Assembly: GCA_030699905.1 (NCBI GenBank)
Contig: JAUYKQ010000010.1
Span: forward strand, 2,554-66,553
Reading direction: 5' to 3'
DNA: 64,000 bases
From: a bacterium
GTDB taxonomy: Bacteria > Patescibacteriota > Minisyncoccia > Phycocordibacterales > GCA-002787175
In this document: in pieces, positions 46,648 to 57,020 of the stretch
Layout: every line of letters starts with the position of its first letter
Position numbering within the stretch: position 1 is the first letter of the stretch
Made by a program: the position numbers and the translations under genes
The notes under the pieces: model-generated
What the model was told of the DNA's origin: nothing
Database searches by the model: none
Seen by the model: the letters and a program-made list of their open reading frames with translations, nothing else

Positions 46648-47379
46648 ATGTGGTACAGATTTTTGGAAAAATTGCACAACAAAATTCTTTTTCTTCTCGG
46701 ATTCGGAAATCCGGATATGCGCGCAAACGGCGAATTACGCGCTTTGAGTTATGTCAAAAGCCGTCTGTCGCTCTCCGGGTCGGGCAAGATGGTGGTTTTT
46801 GACGTGGGAGCAAATGTCGGTGAATATTCCAGGGCGGTTTTAGACATCTTTCCTGAAGCTGACCTTTATCTTTTTGAACCGCAAAAAGAGCTTTTTGCCA
46901 AACTCTCAAAAGAATTTACGAATGTTTTCAAACTGGGACTAAGCGACAAGGCGGGAGTCGGACCTATTTACGGGAACAAAGACAAAAAAGGACTGGCTTC
47001 TCTTTACAATCGGAATTTGGAACACTTTAACTTGGAGCTTGCCAAACAGGAGGACGTGGAACTCGGCACCGTTTCAGGTTTTTGCGCCGGAAGAAAAATC
47101 TCCAGAATACACCTTCTCAAACTTGACGTTGAGGGGCACGAACTTCGTGTTCTTGAGGGAGCGAAAGAGATGTTTGGGAATATTGACTTTATCCAATTTG
47201 AATTTGGCGGTTGTAACATTGATTCCAAAACTTTCTTTCAGGACTTCTGGCGGTTACTCTCTAAACGTTATAAAATTTACAGGATAACCGGTGGGGGACT
47301 TAGGGAAATAAATCGGTACGAGGAGAGAAATGAAATATTTTTAACGTCAAATTATTTGGCGGAAATCAAAAAAAAATGA
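46648..47379 (+). CDS. FkbM-family methyltransferase.
   Basis: VVFDVGANVGEYS...YLFEPQ...KLDVEGHELRVLEGA. Confidence 0.7.
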   Translation: MWYRFLEKLHNKILFLLGFGNPDMRANGELRALSYVKSRLSLSGSGKMVVFDVGANVGEYSRAVLDIFPEADLYLFEPQKELFAKLSKEFTNVFKLGLSDKAGVGPIYGNKDKKGLASLYNRNLEHFNLELAKQEDVELGTVSGFCAGRKISRIHLLKLDVEGHELRVLEGAKEMFGNIDFIQFEFGGCNIDSKTFFQDFWRLLSKRYKIYRITGGGLREINRYEERNEIFLTSNYLAEIKKK

Positions 47380-48095
47380 CAAATAAAAAACTTTCAATAA
47401 TAATACCGGCGTGGAACGAAGAAAAGACGGTCGGCAAAGTAATTGAAAAGGTTTTAGCCGCGCCATTTCCCGTTGGTTGGCAAAAAGAAGTTATCGCCGT
47501 AAATGACGGTTCTTCAGACGGAACAAAAGCGGTGATTGACAGTTTTTCCACGAGGATAAAAGCCGTTCACATGTCCAAAAACGGTGGGAAAGGGAGCGCC
47601 GTGAAGGAAGGGTTGAAAAAAGCTTCTGGAGATTTTGCCGTCATTCAGGATGCCGACCTTGAGTGTGATCCCGCGGAGATAGCTCTGCTTCTTGAAGCTC
47701 TTCAGAAATCGCCTCAAGAAAAAACAGCTGTCATGGGTTCTCGTGAGATGTTTTACGGCAACCAGAAGGACTGGTCTTTGTCGCGACTTGGTTCTCTGTC
47801 CATAACCACTCTTATCAACTTTCTTTACGGCTCTTCTTTTTCGGACGCTCTCATGTGTTACAAGCTTTTTCCTCGCCGAACTTTCGGTTATTTTCAAGGG
47901 GGAGGTTTTGACTCCGAAATGATTTTCCTTGTAAATCTTTTGAAGGACGGCTATAAAGTCATTGAGGTGCCTGTTACTTATAATCCAAGAGACAAGGGTC
48001 AAGGTAAAAAAATAAGCTATATCCACGGAGTGCAGATTATCTTTAAAATTTTGCGTTTGTGGATTTCGCATAAGTTTGGTAAAAAAAATGAATAG
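47376..48095 (+). CDS. Glycosyltransferase family 2 (polyprenyl-phosphate glycosyltransferase, DPM1/ArnC-like).
   Basis: LSIIIPAWNEE...VIAVNDGSSDGT...VIQDADLECDP. Confidence 0.75.
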   Translation: MTNKKLSIIIPAWNEEKTVGKVIEKVLAAPFPVGWQKEVIAVNDGSSDGTKAVIDSFSTRIKAVHMSKNGGKGSAVKEGLKKASGDFAVIQDADLECDPAEIALLLEALQKSPQEKTAVMGSREMFYGNQKDWSLSRLGSLSITTLINFLYGSSFSDALMCYKLFPRRTFGYFQGGGFDSEMIFLVNLLKDGYKVIEVPVTYNPRDKGQGKKISYIHGVQIIFKILRLWISHKFGKKNE

Positions 48096-48798
48096 CCAAA
48101 ACAAACTAAGTTCCGTTTCTTTTTTCTGTCCGGCCTATAGGGAGGAGAAAAACCTTCCCGACCTTATTCCAGTCGTCTCGGATTTTTTGGAGAAAAACGC
48201 TTTGAAATACGAGATTTTGATAATTGAGGACGGCAGTCCGGACAACACTTTTCAAGTGGCAAAAGATTTGGCCAAACGTTTCCCTCATGTACGCGTTATT
48301 CATCATGAAAAAAACGCCGGTTACTCGGCGACTCTTAAGGAGGGTTTTGAAATATCGCAATATGATTATGTAATGTATACGGATGGCGACAATCAATACA
48401 ACGTTTTTGATTTTGAACCCGGTTTGCATTTGCTTGAGAGCAATGACGTCATAGCCGGATACGCCATAAAAAAAGCGGTTTCTCCCTTTAGGAAGTTTCA
48501 GTCATGGACGCACAATTTTTTAATATCTTTGCTTTTTTTCACCGCTTTTCGGGATATAAACTGTTCAATGAAAATATTTAAGAGAAAGGTTATAGAAAAT
48601 TTGGAGATTAAAAGCAATCCTCGTGGGGCTTTCATTGATGCCGAAATGATGATAAAAGCCAAGCGTACGGGTTTCAAAATAAAGCAATTCCCGGTGACTC
48701 ATTATGAAAGGAAGGTTGGGATAGCTATCGGTTCAAAGCCGAGTGTTATTTTCCATACAATCACAGACATGATAAAGCTTAGACTGGGCTTGCTGTAA
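48076..48798 (+). CDS. Glycosyltransferase family 2 (polyprenyl-phosphate glycosyltransferase-like).
   Basis: SFFCPAYREEKNL...ILIIEDGSPDNT...YVMYTDGDNQY. Confidence 0.75.
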   Translation: MVKKMNSQNKLSSVSFFCPAYREEKNLPDLIPVVSDFLEKNALKYEILIIEDGSPDNTFQVAKDLAKRFPHVRVIHHEKNAGYSATLKEGFEISQYDYVMYTDGDNQYNVFDFEPGLHLLESNDVIAGYAIKKAVSPFRKFQSWTHNFLISLLFFTAFRDINCSMKIFKRKVIENLEIKSNPRGAFIDAEMMIKAKRTGFKIKQFPVTHYERKVGIAIGSKPSVIFHTITDMIKLRLGLL

Positions 48799-48802
48799 AA
48801 AT

Positions 48803-49567
48803 TTGTCAATGAGAGAAAAATTCTATAAAACCTACTTTAAGATTGAGAAAGAGCATTGGTTGATGAAAGTGCGTCGGCGCGTTGTTTTTGACGTCCTTCA
48901 TAACGTACTTGAAAAAAATAAAGAGAGTAAAATCCTTGATTTCGGATGCGGTTCCGGGATTCTCGTGGAAGAATTATCTTCCGAGGGTTACAAAGCATTT
49001 GGTGTAGATGTTTCAAGAGAAGCGATTAGGTTTGGAAATTCAGAAGGTATTAAAAATATTAAAGTCATGGCCTCGGACAAGATAGATTTTCCGGATAACG
49101 TATTTGATGTCGTAACGGCTCTTGATGTATTGGAGCATTTAGAGAATGAAAAGTTGTCGATGAAAGAGATTGAAAGAGTCTTAAAACCCGGTGGAGTCCT
49201 CATCGTTATGGTTCCTGCTTATATGTTTTTGTGGGGGGTTCAGGATGAAGTGGCGCATCATTATAGAAGATATACCGAGAGCTCTCTGCTTACGGTGATT
49301 AAGAAATCCGGATGTATTTTACCATTCAGGACAACATACTTTAATAGTTTTCTTTTTTTTCCGATTGCGGCTGTTCGCCTGTTGAGCAGGGCGTTGAATC
49401 TAAGGAATAGAGAATCTGATTTTGATATCAACAATGTATTTTTGAATAAATTGTTTTTTGCTATTTTTAATTTGGAAAGAATTCTTCTAAAAAAAATTAG
49501 TTTTCCTTTCGGAGTTTCTATATTGTCGGTATGTAAAAAGTCAGAAAAATCTGGAGATCTGTTTTAG
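48803..49567 (+). CDS. Class I SAM-dependent methyltransferase.
   Basis: ILDFGCGSGILVEEL...LKPGGVLIVMVP. Confidence 0.7.
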   Translation: MSMREKFYKTYFKIEKEHWLMKVRRRVVFDVLHNVLEKNKESKILDFGCGSGILVEELSSEGYKAFGVDVSREAIRFGNSEGIKNIKVMASDKIDFPDNVFDVVTALDVLEHLENEKLSMKEIERVLKPGGVLIVMVPAYMFLWGVQDEVAHHYRRYTESSLLTVIKKSGCILPFRTTYFNSFLFFPIAAVRLLSRALNLRNRESDFDINNVFLNKLFFAIFNLERILLKKISFPFGVSILSVCKKSEKSGDLF

Positions 49568-49568
49568 T

Positions 49569-50948
49569 TCATTGTTCTTTTATGATGAGATTACTTACGG
49601 AAGAATTTTTACTATCTGGGATATGTAGAGTTAGTTCGGATACTTTTGAAGAAAGTGAGTATGTATAGATTTGAAGAAGGTTTATCGTTATCTTATAAAG
49701 TCGTTTGTCAGCATTCGTTAGGTACGCGGTGTAGTCGTCCACCCTTATTTTTCCGGCTTCTCCCGTCGTTTCAAAATCATTATTATAGCTAAAAGAAAGT
49801 TCTATATTACCAGAGACATTATCAGTGGTGAGCACAAATTCCACCGTGGTGAGTTCCTCAGGATCAAATTCACCGGACTTTATAAGCACGTTACCTTTGA
49901 CATGGTCACTCCTGAAGCTTTCTTGTGAATCTTCAGGGGGAGACGCTTCCATTCTAAGGCGAACAGGAGACGTGTAATATGTTCTGATCGCGGACCCTTC
50001 TTTTCCCAGAAGCCTTAAAAACTCGGGGTTGGTTGAATCTCTAACGCTTGAGACCGTTTTTACGGTTTTGGTCTTGACATCCGGAGGCATAAATTCGTTT
50101 TGCGCAAGTGCAATCGGCGTATCTGTCCCGAAGAACCAAATGTAGTCGGCCAAAGTGTATCCGGGCATTCCTTGAAAAATATGCGCTCCGGTGAGGTTCG
50201 GAATTGTTACAGGTTCGCCGTTTTGGGAAAGAGCGGCCAGTTCTTTGATTAAAGTGTCTTCCAGTTTGAGGACGGCCTCCTTTCTTTGGACGGATTCTTC
50301 CTTTAACCTTAAAGAATGGAATGAAAAAACTTGCTGAAGAGCCAATATGACGATTATTGTCGCGATGACAACTTTTCCGGCAGTTTCTTTTTTTGCTCTT
50401 ATAAACCACAAAGCTCCGAGGGTCAAAAATATGGAATAAAAATAGTACGGCGGTCCGGCATATCTGTAGTCAAAATCCGGCACAGTGTTGTGGTCCGGCC
50501 GAGCCAATATCACCATCAAAATTGAAATAAATATTCCCAAAAGGAGGTAAGCGGTTATATAATGTTCTTTCTTGGACGAGTATTTATGGACAAGCCACAG
50601 CAAAGCTCCATTCAGTAACAAAATCAAAATCTCTAAAGTCGGCCACAGTTTTTCCGCGCTTTTCACTACGGCTGGGTGGGCCGCTATTTTTTCCATATCT
50701 GGAGCAAAAGCGGAAAGGGAAACGCCGGAAGCGAACAATGAAGAAAAGTTCCTTGCCAGAGGAACAGGTCTCCAGTTCTCTTTTCTTTGTATGGAAGAAT
50801 CTGTTTCCAATATGCCTCCATCAAGCGACGTCAGAAATGTTCCCGGCTGTATGACGGTAAATGTGATAAAGAAAAACAAAGCATATAGCACGGCAACCGC
50901 GGTTACTAAGGCGAGAGGTATTTTGTTTTCTTTAAGAAATTTATTCAT
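49569..50948 (-). CDS. Integral membrane protein with a large extracytoplasmic C-terminal domain, hypothetical. May be the 3' half of a split gene with 50941-51852.
   Basis: Multiple TM segments. 8-nt overlap with the upstream ORF. Confidence 0.4.
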   Translation of the reverse strand: MNKFLKENKIPLALVTAVAVLYALFFFITFTVIQPGTFLTSLDGGILETDSSIQRKENWRPVPLARNFSSLFASGVSLSAFAPDMEKIAAHPAVVKSAEKLWPTLEILILLLNGALLWLVHKYSSKKEHYITAYLLLGIFISILMVILARPDHNTVPDFDYRYAGPPYYFYSIFLTLGALWFIRAKKETAGKVVIATIIVILALQQVFSFHSLRLKEESVQRKEAVLKLEDTLIKELAALSQNGEPVTIPNLTGAHIFQGMPGYTLADYIWFFGTDTPIALAQNEFMPPDVKTKTVKTVSSVRDSTNPEFLRLLGKEGSAIRTYYTSPVRLRMEASPPEDSQESFRSDHVKGNVLIKSGEFDPEELTTVEFVLTTDNVSGNIELSFSYNNDFETTGEAGKIRVDDYTAYLTNADKRLYKITINLLQIYTYSLSSKVSELTLHIPDSKNSSVSNLIIKEQ

Positions 50949-51852
50949 GTATGTTATGTGTGCGTGGGTTTCCGTCTTTGAAACTTTTTACAGCAATCAT
51001 AAATATGATAATGGTCGGTATGGTCCAGATGCCGGACGTGTCCACTAATAATGAACACATCAAAGCAGTGGCAAAAATAGTCATATATTTTTTTTCCCGC
51101 GAGTCAAGCCAAGCGAGATAACTCCACGTCGCTATGGAAAAAAATAAAAGCACTTGCGGGTAAACGGTCATTATGTAAAAACCGGTAAATATCTCCGTCC
51201 AGCCGGAGGCGCCGGCAAAGATGATTAAGAAAATGAAAAAACTTGAGAGTTCAAACCCCAGTCGTTTGAAAGTTAGATAAGTGAAAAAGGGAATGAGAGC
51301 GAAAAGTACGAAAAAGAAAATGTTGTAGGGAAGCGGATTTAGTCCGAATAAAAGGTCAAGAGCTTTCATTTCGGCAATAAAGAGAAGGAGGACGTGGTCG
51401 TTGCCGTGAGGCAGAAGAATTGACTCGGAAAAAGGCAGGGAATGATTGAGGCCGACAATTTCAAAATCGTCCATGTTAAAGTAGCCGTTTAGAATGTTTC
51501 CGCCGTGGCTTAAGAATACAAACAGAAGACAGATTAAGAGAATCAGCGTGTTTTGTTTCGCGTTGCTTAATGATTCAAAAAAACGCTTTAAATTTTCCAA
51601 AATTTGCCGTAACTTTTTTTGGAAAAATAAAAAAGAACCAAAAGCGATGAGTGATATAATGACGGATAGTATAAGGCCGTTTTTTATGCCTGCGAAATAT
51701 ATTTTGGCGGTTGGGCCGAAAAGTTCCAACCTTGACATGTCAAAATTAAGGACGACCGCGAGTGCGAAGGAGGACAGTAAAAAAGCGCCACCCAAAATAA
51801 AAAAATGAATATTTTGAATAAAAAAAGCCGAAAATTTTCCTGCGGTTTTCAT
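50941..51852 (-). CDS. Polytopic membrane protein, hypothetical (possibly the N-terminal part of a GT-C/polymerase-like protein).
   Basis: 8-9 TM segments. Confidence 0.4.
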   Translation of the reverse strand: MKTAGKFSAFFIQNIHFFILGGAFLLSSFALAVVLNFDMSRLELFGPTAKIYFAGIKNGLILSVIISLIAFGSFLFFQKKLRQILENLKRFFESLSNAKQNTLILLICLLFVFLSHGGNILNGYFNMDDFEIVGLNHSLPFSESILLPHGNDHVLLLFIAEMKALDLLFGLNPLPYNIFFFVLFALIPFFTYLTFKRLGFELSSFFIFLIIFAGASGWTEIFTGFYIMTVYPQVLLFFSIATWSYLAWLDSREKKYMTIFATALMCSLLVDTSGIWTIPTIIIFMIAVKSFKDGNPRTHNIHE

Positions 51853-52004
51853 TGTTGTAAATAGTAACCTTTTTTGTCGGAGCTGTCATGACAAGGTGCT
51901 ATTGACAATAGTTATTAAGATGGTACTCTTATCAGAAGTGGATTGTGGCCAGCTATCTTTTGTGCTACAACTTCGTGTTTTCAGGATAAGCTCTTAAAAA
52001 TATT

Positions 52005-52538
52005 TTGATTATGAAATACCTACTGATCCCATCGTGCGAAGTCGCGAGACGTGACAAGTTGTCCGGCACGACCACGGAGAGACGTCTCAAGAGGGGAATT
52101 TCTCTCTGGAAAAGTGGAGGGTTTGACAGGATAATTGTCTCAGGAGGGATATGTTTTCCTCCGGACGTGCAGACATTATCAATGGCTTTTCTCATGTTCT
52201 CGTGGCTTAAAGAACGTGGCATCTCTGGGGAAGTTATACTGTGCGAAGGTATGTCAAAAGACACCTTTGAAAACATCGCCTTCTCGCTTGCTTTTATAGA
52301 GAGTGACCGAGACGCTGAAATCACGATAGTCACTCATTGGCAACACGCCCTACGGTTTTGGGCAACCTTGCGGTTTGGATATAGGGATTGTGTCGCCAGC
52401 GTAATACCGATGTGGTATTGGGTGAATCTGAAAGATTTCACTCTGGAATGGGCGATGCTTCTTGTTCATCTATTGGATCCGAGAGGCAAATGCTTCATTG
52501 CTCAATGGAATAGAAGACGACGCTCATTTTTCATTTGA
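52005..52538 (+). CDS. DUF218 (YdcF/SanA/ElyC-like) domain protein.
   Basis: RIIVSGG and MSKDTFENIAFS motifs. Confidence 0.55.
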   Translation: MIMKYLLIPSCEVARRDKLSGTTTERRLKRGISLWKSGGFDRIIVSGGICFPPDVQTLSMAFLMFSWLKERGISGEVILCEGMSKDTFENIAFSLAFIESDRDAEITIVTHWQHALRFWATLRFGYRDCVASVIPMWYWVNLKDFTLEWAMLLVHLLDPRGKCFIAQWNRRRRSFFI

Positions 52539-52698
52539 GCCATTCAAAACTGATCGGCATACTATCATGCGAGGTCAGTTTTTTTGTCTTCCTAATACTA
52601 TGATTCCAGTAAAATAAAATATTGTTAACTGCTTTTGTCACGCTTTTTTTACTCCAATCTTTATTCCTGTCATCCATTGTGAAAAAAGTTAACGAATC

Positions 52699-52726
52699 TT
52701 GGCAAGGTTTTTTAAAGTGGTATCAT
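52699..52726 (+). promoter_or_regulatory. Sigma70-like promoter TTGGCA-16-TATCAT.
   Basis: ttggca (52699-704), 16-nt spacer, tatcat (52721-726). Confidence 0.35.
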
Positions 52727-52767
52727 GTAAAAAGTTAGGTAAACAACGAACCAAGAAAGGGTATAGC

Positions 52768-53265
52768 ATGTTAACAAAAGGTGAGGAAGCGGAATTGGCC
52801 AAACTTATAGAAAAAATGGAATGGCCTTTGCCCCATGATGTTTTCCACGCGCTTGTGAAAAAAATAATCACAGTGCCGGTTGAATTGGCGGTCTTTGACA
52901 AGGGAATGGGACGAATTCTACTGCACTACAGGGAAGATGAGGAGTTCAAGGGGTGGCATATGCCGGGTACTGTGGTCAGGGACAACGAAGATGTCAAAGG
53001 AGCGATACAACGACTCCTTACGGACGAGTTGGAGTTGGAAGACAATTCCAGCGTAACTTGGCCGGAGAATCACGGTTGGTTGGAAGTCAAAAGGAAGATC
53101 GGAGTCAGACACTTAATCTCGCTTCTTTTCTCTTGTCGCATGGTCAAGGACTACGGTGGTCCTGGCGATTTTTTTGAGGTAAATAGGTTGCCAAACGACA
53201 CTCTCAAGCACCACAGGGTGCTGGTAAAAGAGATCCTTGCAAGGATGGGACGAGGAGGGTTATAA
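52768..53265 (+). CDS. Nudix hydrolase-like protein.
   Basis: Degenerate Nudix box GTVVRDNEDVKGAIQRLLTDELEL. Start at MLTKGEE. Confidence 0.35.
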   Translation: MLTKGEEAELAKLIEKMEWPLPHDVFHALVKKIITVPVELAVFDKGMGRILLHYREDEEFKGWHMPGTVVRDNEDVKGAIQRLLTDELELEDNSSVTWPENHGWLEVKRKIGVRHLISLLFSCRMVKDYGGPGDFFEVNRLPNDTLKHHRVLVKEILARMGRGGL

Positions 53266-53283
53266 AACCTGATACATTTTTCA

Positions 53284-53323
53284 AGCGGCAGGAAAACGAG
53301 AGTTTTCCTGCCGCTTTTATTTG
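53284..53323 (+). terminator. Rho-independent terminator (agcggcaggaaaac / gttttcctgccgct plus T-run).
   Basis: 14-bp perfect stem and tttatttg. Confidence 0.65.
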
Positions 53324-53352
53324 AAATCGCAATATGCTATTCTGAAAGAATT

Positions 53353-54315
53353 ATGAAAATTCTTATCACGGGAGGGGGAGGTTTTCAGGGCAGTCATTTG
53401 ACCGAATACCTCATATCAAAAGGTCACGATATTTCAGTTTTGAATACATATTCGGAGGCCTCCAAAGCCAACTTGTCTCAAGTGAAAGACAAGATAGATC
53501 TTATCTGGGGAAGCATAACCGATAAAGAGATAGTGGATAAAAGCGTCAGAGGCCAAGATGTCGTATTCCATTTGGCTGCTCATATAAATGTTGACGAGTC
53601 GCTGAAAGAAGACCCTATGGTTTTTTTCCACGGCAATATTTTAGGCACATACAACGTTTTGGAGGCGGTTAAAAAAAACGGTAATCGTTTGATACTTACT
53701 TCTACCTGCGAAGTTTACGGAGACGGCCATGACTTGAAAGACAGCGAGCTTCTTGACGAGACGGCGGAGCTTCGTCCAAACAGTCCTTACGCCGCTTCCA
53801 AAGTGGCCGCCGATAGAATAAGTTACTCGTATTTCAAATCATTCGGAGTGGATATAACTATTGTCAGACCATTTAACTTGTTTGGAGAAAGGCAAAAAAG
53901 CGGACGCTTCGGAGCTCTCATCCCGATTTTGGTGGCAAATGCCATGAGAGGAGAAGATTTGGTCATTTTCGGAACAGGGGAATCCACGAGAGATTATACT
54001 CACGTGAGCGACATAATACAGGCCTACGATATTGTATTGAATAACGGCGAGGCCCTCAAAGGCAAAGCTATCAACTTTGCAAGCGGTCAAAACACCAAGA
54101 TTAAGGATATCGCGGAATATATCGCGAAACGTTTCGGCGTCAAGGTGGTCCACGGTCCGGAAAGGCCGGGGGAAGTCCTGCGTTTTCCTTCCGACATATC
54201 TTTCGCCAAAAGCTTTGGCTATTCTCCAAAGGTTTCAGTTTGGGACGGCATAGACAAATATATAGAGTGGGCGATATCCGAAGAGTATAAGAAGTCCATA
54301 AAGTCGACTTATTAA
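53353..54315 (+). CDS. NAD-dependent sugar epimerase/dehydratase (SDR).
   Basis: MKILITGGGGFQGSHL. Catalytic YAASKVAADRI (YxxxK). Confidence 0.75.
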   Translation: MKILITGGGGFQGSHLTEYLISKGHDISVLNTYSEASKANLSQVKDKIDLIWGSITDKEIVDKSVRGQDVVFHLAAHINVDESLKEDPMVFFHGNILGTYNVLEAVKKNGNRLILTSTCEVYGDGHDLKDSELLDETAELRPNSPYAASKVAADRISYSYFKSFGVDITIVRPFNLFGERQKSGRFGALIPILVANAMRGEDLVIFGTGESTRDYTHVSDIIQAYDIVLNNGEALKGKAINFASGQNTKIKDIAEYIAKRFGVKVVHGPERPGEVLRFPSDISFAKSFGYSPKVSVWDGIDKYIEWAISEEYKKSIKSTY

Positions 54316-55253
54316 TAATTCACTAAAGTGCAGTATTTGTTCTCAAAGTAGGAATTCTTGTCGCTATAGTATTGCCAGTCCATTTTATCTTTTTTGAAGA
54401 TGATGTGGGGGATATTTCCGTACCATGAAGCAAAAGCGCCGAAACTGGAGTCGGAACCTATAATTGTCCGGGTTTTTGCTAAAAGGAAAAGGTCGGTCAC
54501 GGCATCCTCTTTCGAAATATAAACATTCAATCCATTGAAGAATTTGCTTTGGACCGCGCCATCGGACGTTATCACAAAAAGCGTGTTGCTTTCATCTATG
54601 TTATTCTCTCGCATGTACTCATCAAGAATTTCTCTGACTCTTTTTTGTTCAATAAAATATTCTCCGCTCTTGAAAAAAGCATAGTCGCCTTGCCGTATGT
54701 GGACTCCTACTATGTTGTTGTATTTTAAACGCAAGGGTCGTAATATTTCTTCCGTCCGATTCATGATTTCTTTTTTCGGCGCAAAAACATCAAGCAGTTC
54801 TTTTCTGAATTTTCTTAACCCTTCCGGATTTCTAAAAAGCCAGCCAACCATGTAAACGACATCGCTGTCCTCCTCTTTTCTAAAAAGTTCCGGCGGTCTT
54901 TGCGTCGGCGGGAGGCAATACGTTTTGCTTTCCAAGTTTTCGGATGAGACAACTTTTTGCGAAAACATAATCTCAATCGGTTTCAGGTAAATTATCTTAT
55001 AAATCAATTTCGCTATTTTAACACGCAGGCCGTTTCTTCTTTTCCTATATGATTTGAAAGGGGAGAAGAAAAGCGTTTTTATAAACTTATTTCCGACCGG
55101 CATGTTGAAAAACTCTCCGTATTGGAAAAAAGAATAGTTTAGGCATTCACGGTCGTGTTCCAAACAGTAAGCATAAATACTTGCAAAATTCCAAAGCTGG
55201 TTTCCCAGCTCGCCTCCGCCATGCCAAAGTATTATTGTTTTTTTCCGTTTCAT
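54312..55253 (-). CDS. GT11-like glycosyltransferase (alpha-1,2-fucosyltransferase family).
   Basis: N-terminal GGGELGNQLWNFA (compare GT11 GGLGNQMFQYA) and HIRQGDY (HxRRxD motif). Confidence 0.55.
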   Translation of the reverse strand: MKRKKTIILWHGGGELGNQLWNFASIYAYCLEHDRECLNYSFFQYGEFFNMPVGNKFIKTLFFSPFKSYRKRRNGLRVKIAKLIYKIIYLKPIEIMFSQKVVSSENLESKTYCLPPTQRPPELFRKEEDSDVVYMVGWLFRNPEGLRKFRKELLDVFAPKKEIMNRTEEILRPLRLKYNNIVGVHIRQGDYAFFKSGEYFIEQKRVREILDEYMRENNIDESNTLFVITSDGAVQSKFFNGLNVYISKEDAVTDLFLLAKTRTIIGSDSSFGAFASWYGNIPHIIFKKDKMDWQYYSDKNSYFENKYCTLVNY

Positions 55254-56023
55254 TTTTGAAAATGATACAACCCCGTGCCAAATCCTTTTGATTTGTCGTA
55301 TTGAGCGGTCATTTTATCTCCGTAAATATACATCTCCTCTGCTAATTTCAAGGACGAGAATATTTCCAATACATAGTCGCGCCTAAAAGCCCTGTGGGCG
55401 TTGAAATACGTGATATTGTCGCGGTCAACCGGAACCGAAACATACAAGTTTCCGCCTTCCGCGAGAACTCTGGAAAGCTCTTTTACCGATTTTTCCGAAC
55501 CGAAAGAGTCAAGCGGGTCTCCGTATCGTCCGAGCCCAACGTGTTCTATGACGCATATTGAACTTAGTGATTTTATACTGCCGTTTTCAAAAGGGAGGTC
55601 TAAAAGGTCTCCTTTCGTGAAGGAGAGTCCCTGCATTGAAAAGGGCAGTGGTCTTATGTCTATCATGGTTGTCGGCGTGAACTGCGAGATGATGCCCATC
55701 ATTTTGGCGTCCGAACCGATATCAAAGTGCCTCTCCGGTTTGTTTTCAAAAATTTTTTTGGCGCACCAGGAATTCTGGAAAAAATACACGGGGGCAAGAG
55801 GAGTGATGTCCGTTTTGTCAAAAATACGCGGATACAAGTCCTCCGTCTTTAAGGTGAAATTGTTATTTGGTTTTATATTTTTGTATTTCCGATAATCACC
55901 AAAAAAAATCAAAAGAGTTCGACATTTCTGAAAAGTACCATATTGTCCTTTGAATGTTTGGAAAATAATGACAATAAACTTCAGAAAAGAAATCTTTTTT
56001 AATGTTCGCCTCGGTGTTTTCAT
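55250..56023 (-). CDS. Putative class I SAM-dependent methyltransferase (DUF268-like).
   Basis: FDIGSDAKMMG...LAEGGNLYVSVP. Confidence 0.4.
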   Translation of the reverse strand: MKTPRRTLKKISFLKFIVIIFQTFKGQYGTFQKCRTLLIFFGDYRKYKNIKPNNNFTLKTEDLYPRIFDKTDITPLAPVYFFQNSWCAKKIFENKPERHFDIGSDAKMMGIISQFTPTTMIDIRPLPFSMQGLSFTKGDLLDLPFENGSIKSLSSICVIEHVGLGRYGDPLDSFGSEKSVKELSRVLAEGGNLYVSVPVDRDNITYFNAHRAFRRDYVLEIFSSLKLAEEMYIYGDKMTAQYDKSKGFGTGLYHFQK

Positions 56024-56035
56024 GTTTATGAATAG

Positions 56036-56941
56036 CTATCTCGCGATGTATGAATCGGTTTTCTTGATTTGATAAGCTTTCTTTTCGTTTAATTCAATAA
56101 AAAACTTGTTTCTGTTCGGGAACATCAGTGTGTACAAAAAACTGAAAACGGGGTCAAAAATTTTCCATCCGAGTTTTGATTTGCCGTAAAAGAACAATTT
56201 TACAAAAAAAGGCAAGATTCCGCCCTTTTTTGATATGTCCGACTGTTCGTCTCTGTACTTTTTCATGTTGTCCGTGAGTTGTCCTTTGTTCTTTCTAAAC
56301 CGGCTGACAGTGGAGTTTAGCGACCACAGTTTAGCCCGTTTGGCGAACTCTATCCATAGGTAGTAATCTCCGGCGAGCTTGTATTTATCGGGAACACTTC
56401 CGATTTTCCGCCAAAGCTCTCGTCTCCAGAAAACGCTATCCTGATGAATAAAATAGGTGTATCTTCCGTATATTCCTTTTGCTATCCACTTGCGGTTATA
56501 AATATAACATATGCCCGGCTCGTCTTTGTTCTCGTCTTCAAAGCGAAACGAAGTAATGCCTTTAAGCCATGATACTTCGGCAAAATGGGAAAAAACGGCT
56601 GAAATTTTGGCAAACGCTTCCGGCAGGTATGTGTCATCGGAATTTATCCACGCGTAAATGTCTCCCGTGGCTTTTGTAAACCCTTTGTTTATGGCGTCAT
56701 ACATTCCTCTGTCTTTTTCAGAAGTCCATTTTAAGCTAACCCCTCGGCATTTCAAAGGGAAAGAACCGGAAGACACTTTCTCCGCGTATGACTTTATGAT
56801 TTCGGTCGTGCCGTCAGTTGAACCGCCGTCTTCTATGATGTATTCAATCTCAAAATCGCCCTCTTGGGAAAGGACGCTCTCAATGGTCTCGGCTATGTAT
56901 TTTTGGCCGTTATAAACGGGGGTGACGATACTGAATTTCAT
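56036..56941 (-). CDS. Glycosyltransferase family 2.
   Basis: FSIVTPVYNGQKYIAETIESVLSQ...IIEDGGSTDGT...WINSDD. Confidence 0.75.
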   Translation of the reverse strand: MKFSIVTPVYNGQKYIAETIESVLSQEGDFEIEYIIEDGGSTDGTTEIIKSYAEKVSSGSFPLKCRGVSLKWTSEKDRGMYDAINKGFTKATGDIYAWINSDDTYLPEAFAKISAVFSHFAEVSWLKGITSFRFEDENKDEPGICYIYNRKWIAKGIYGRYTYFIHQDSVFWRRELWRKIGSVPDKYKLAGDYYLWIEFAKRAKLWSLNSTVSRFRKNKGQLTDNMKKYRDEQSDISKKGGILPFFVKLFFYGKSKLGWKIFDPVFSFLYTLMFPNRNKFFIELNEKKAYQIKKTDSYIAR

Positions 56942-57020
56942 GGTAGATGCGCTTATAAATAGTGGCAGATACCCTTACAAATGGGACATGCGAATAAAAG
57001 AAGTTGCGAAGAGTGGGCGT

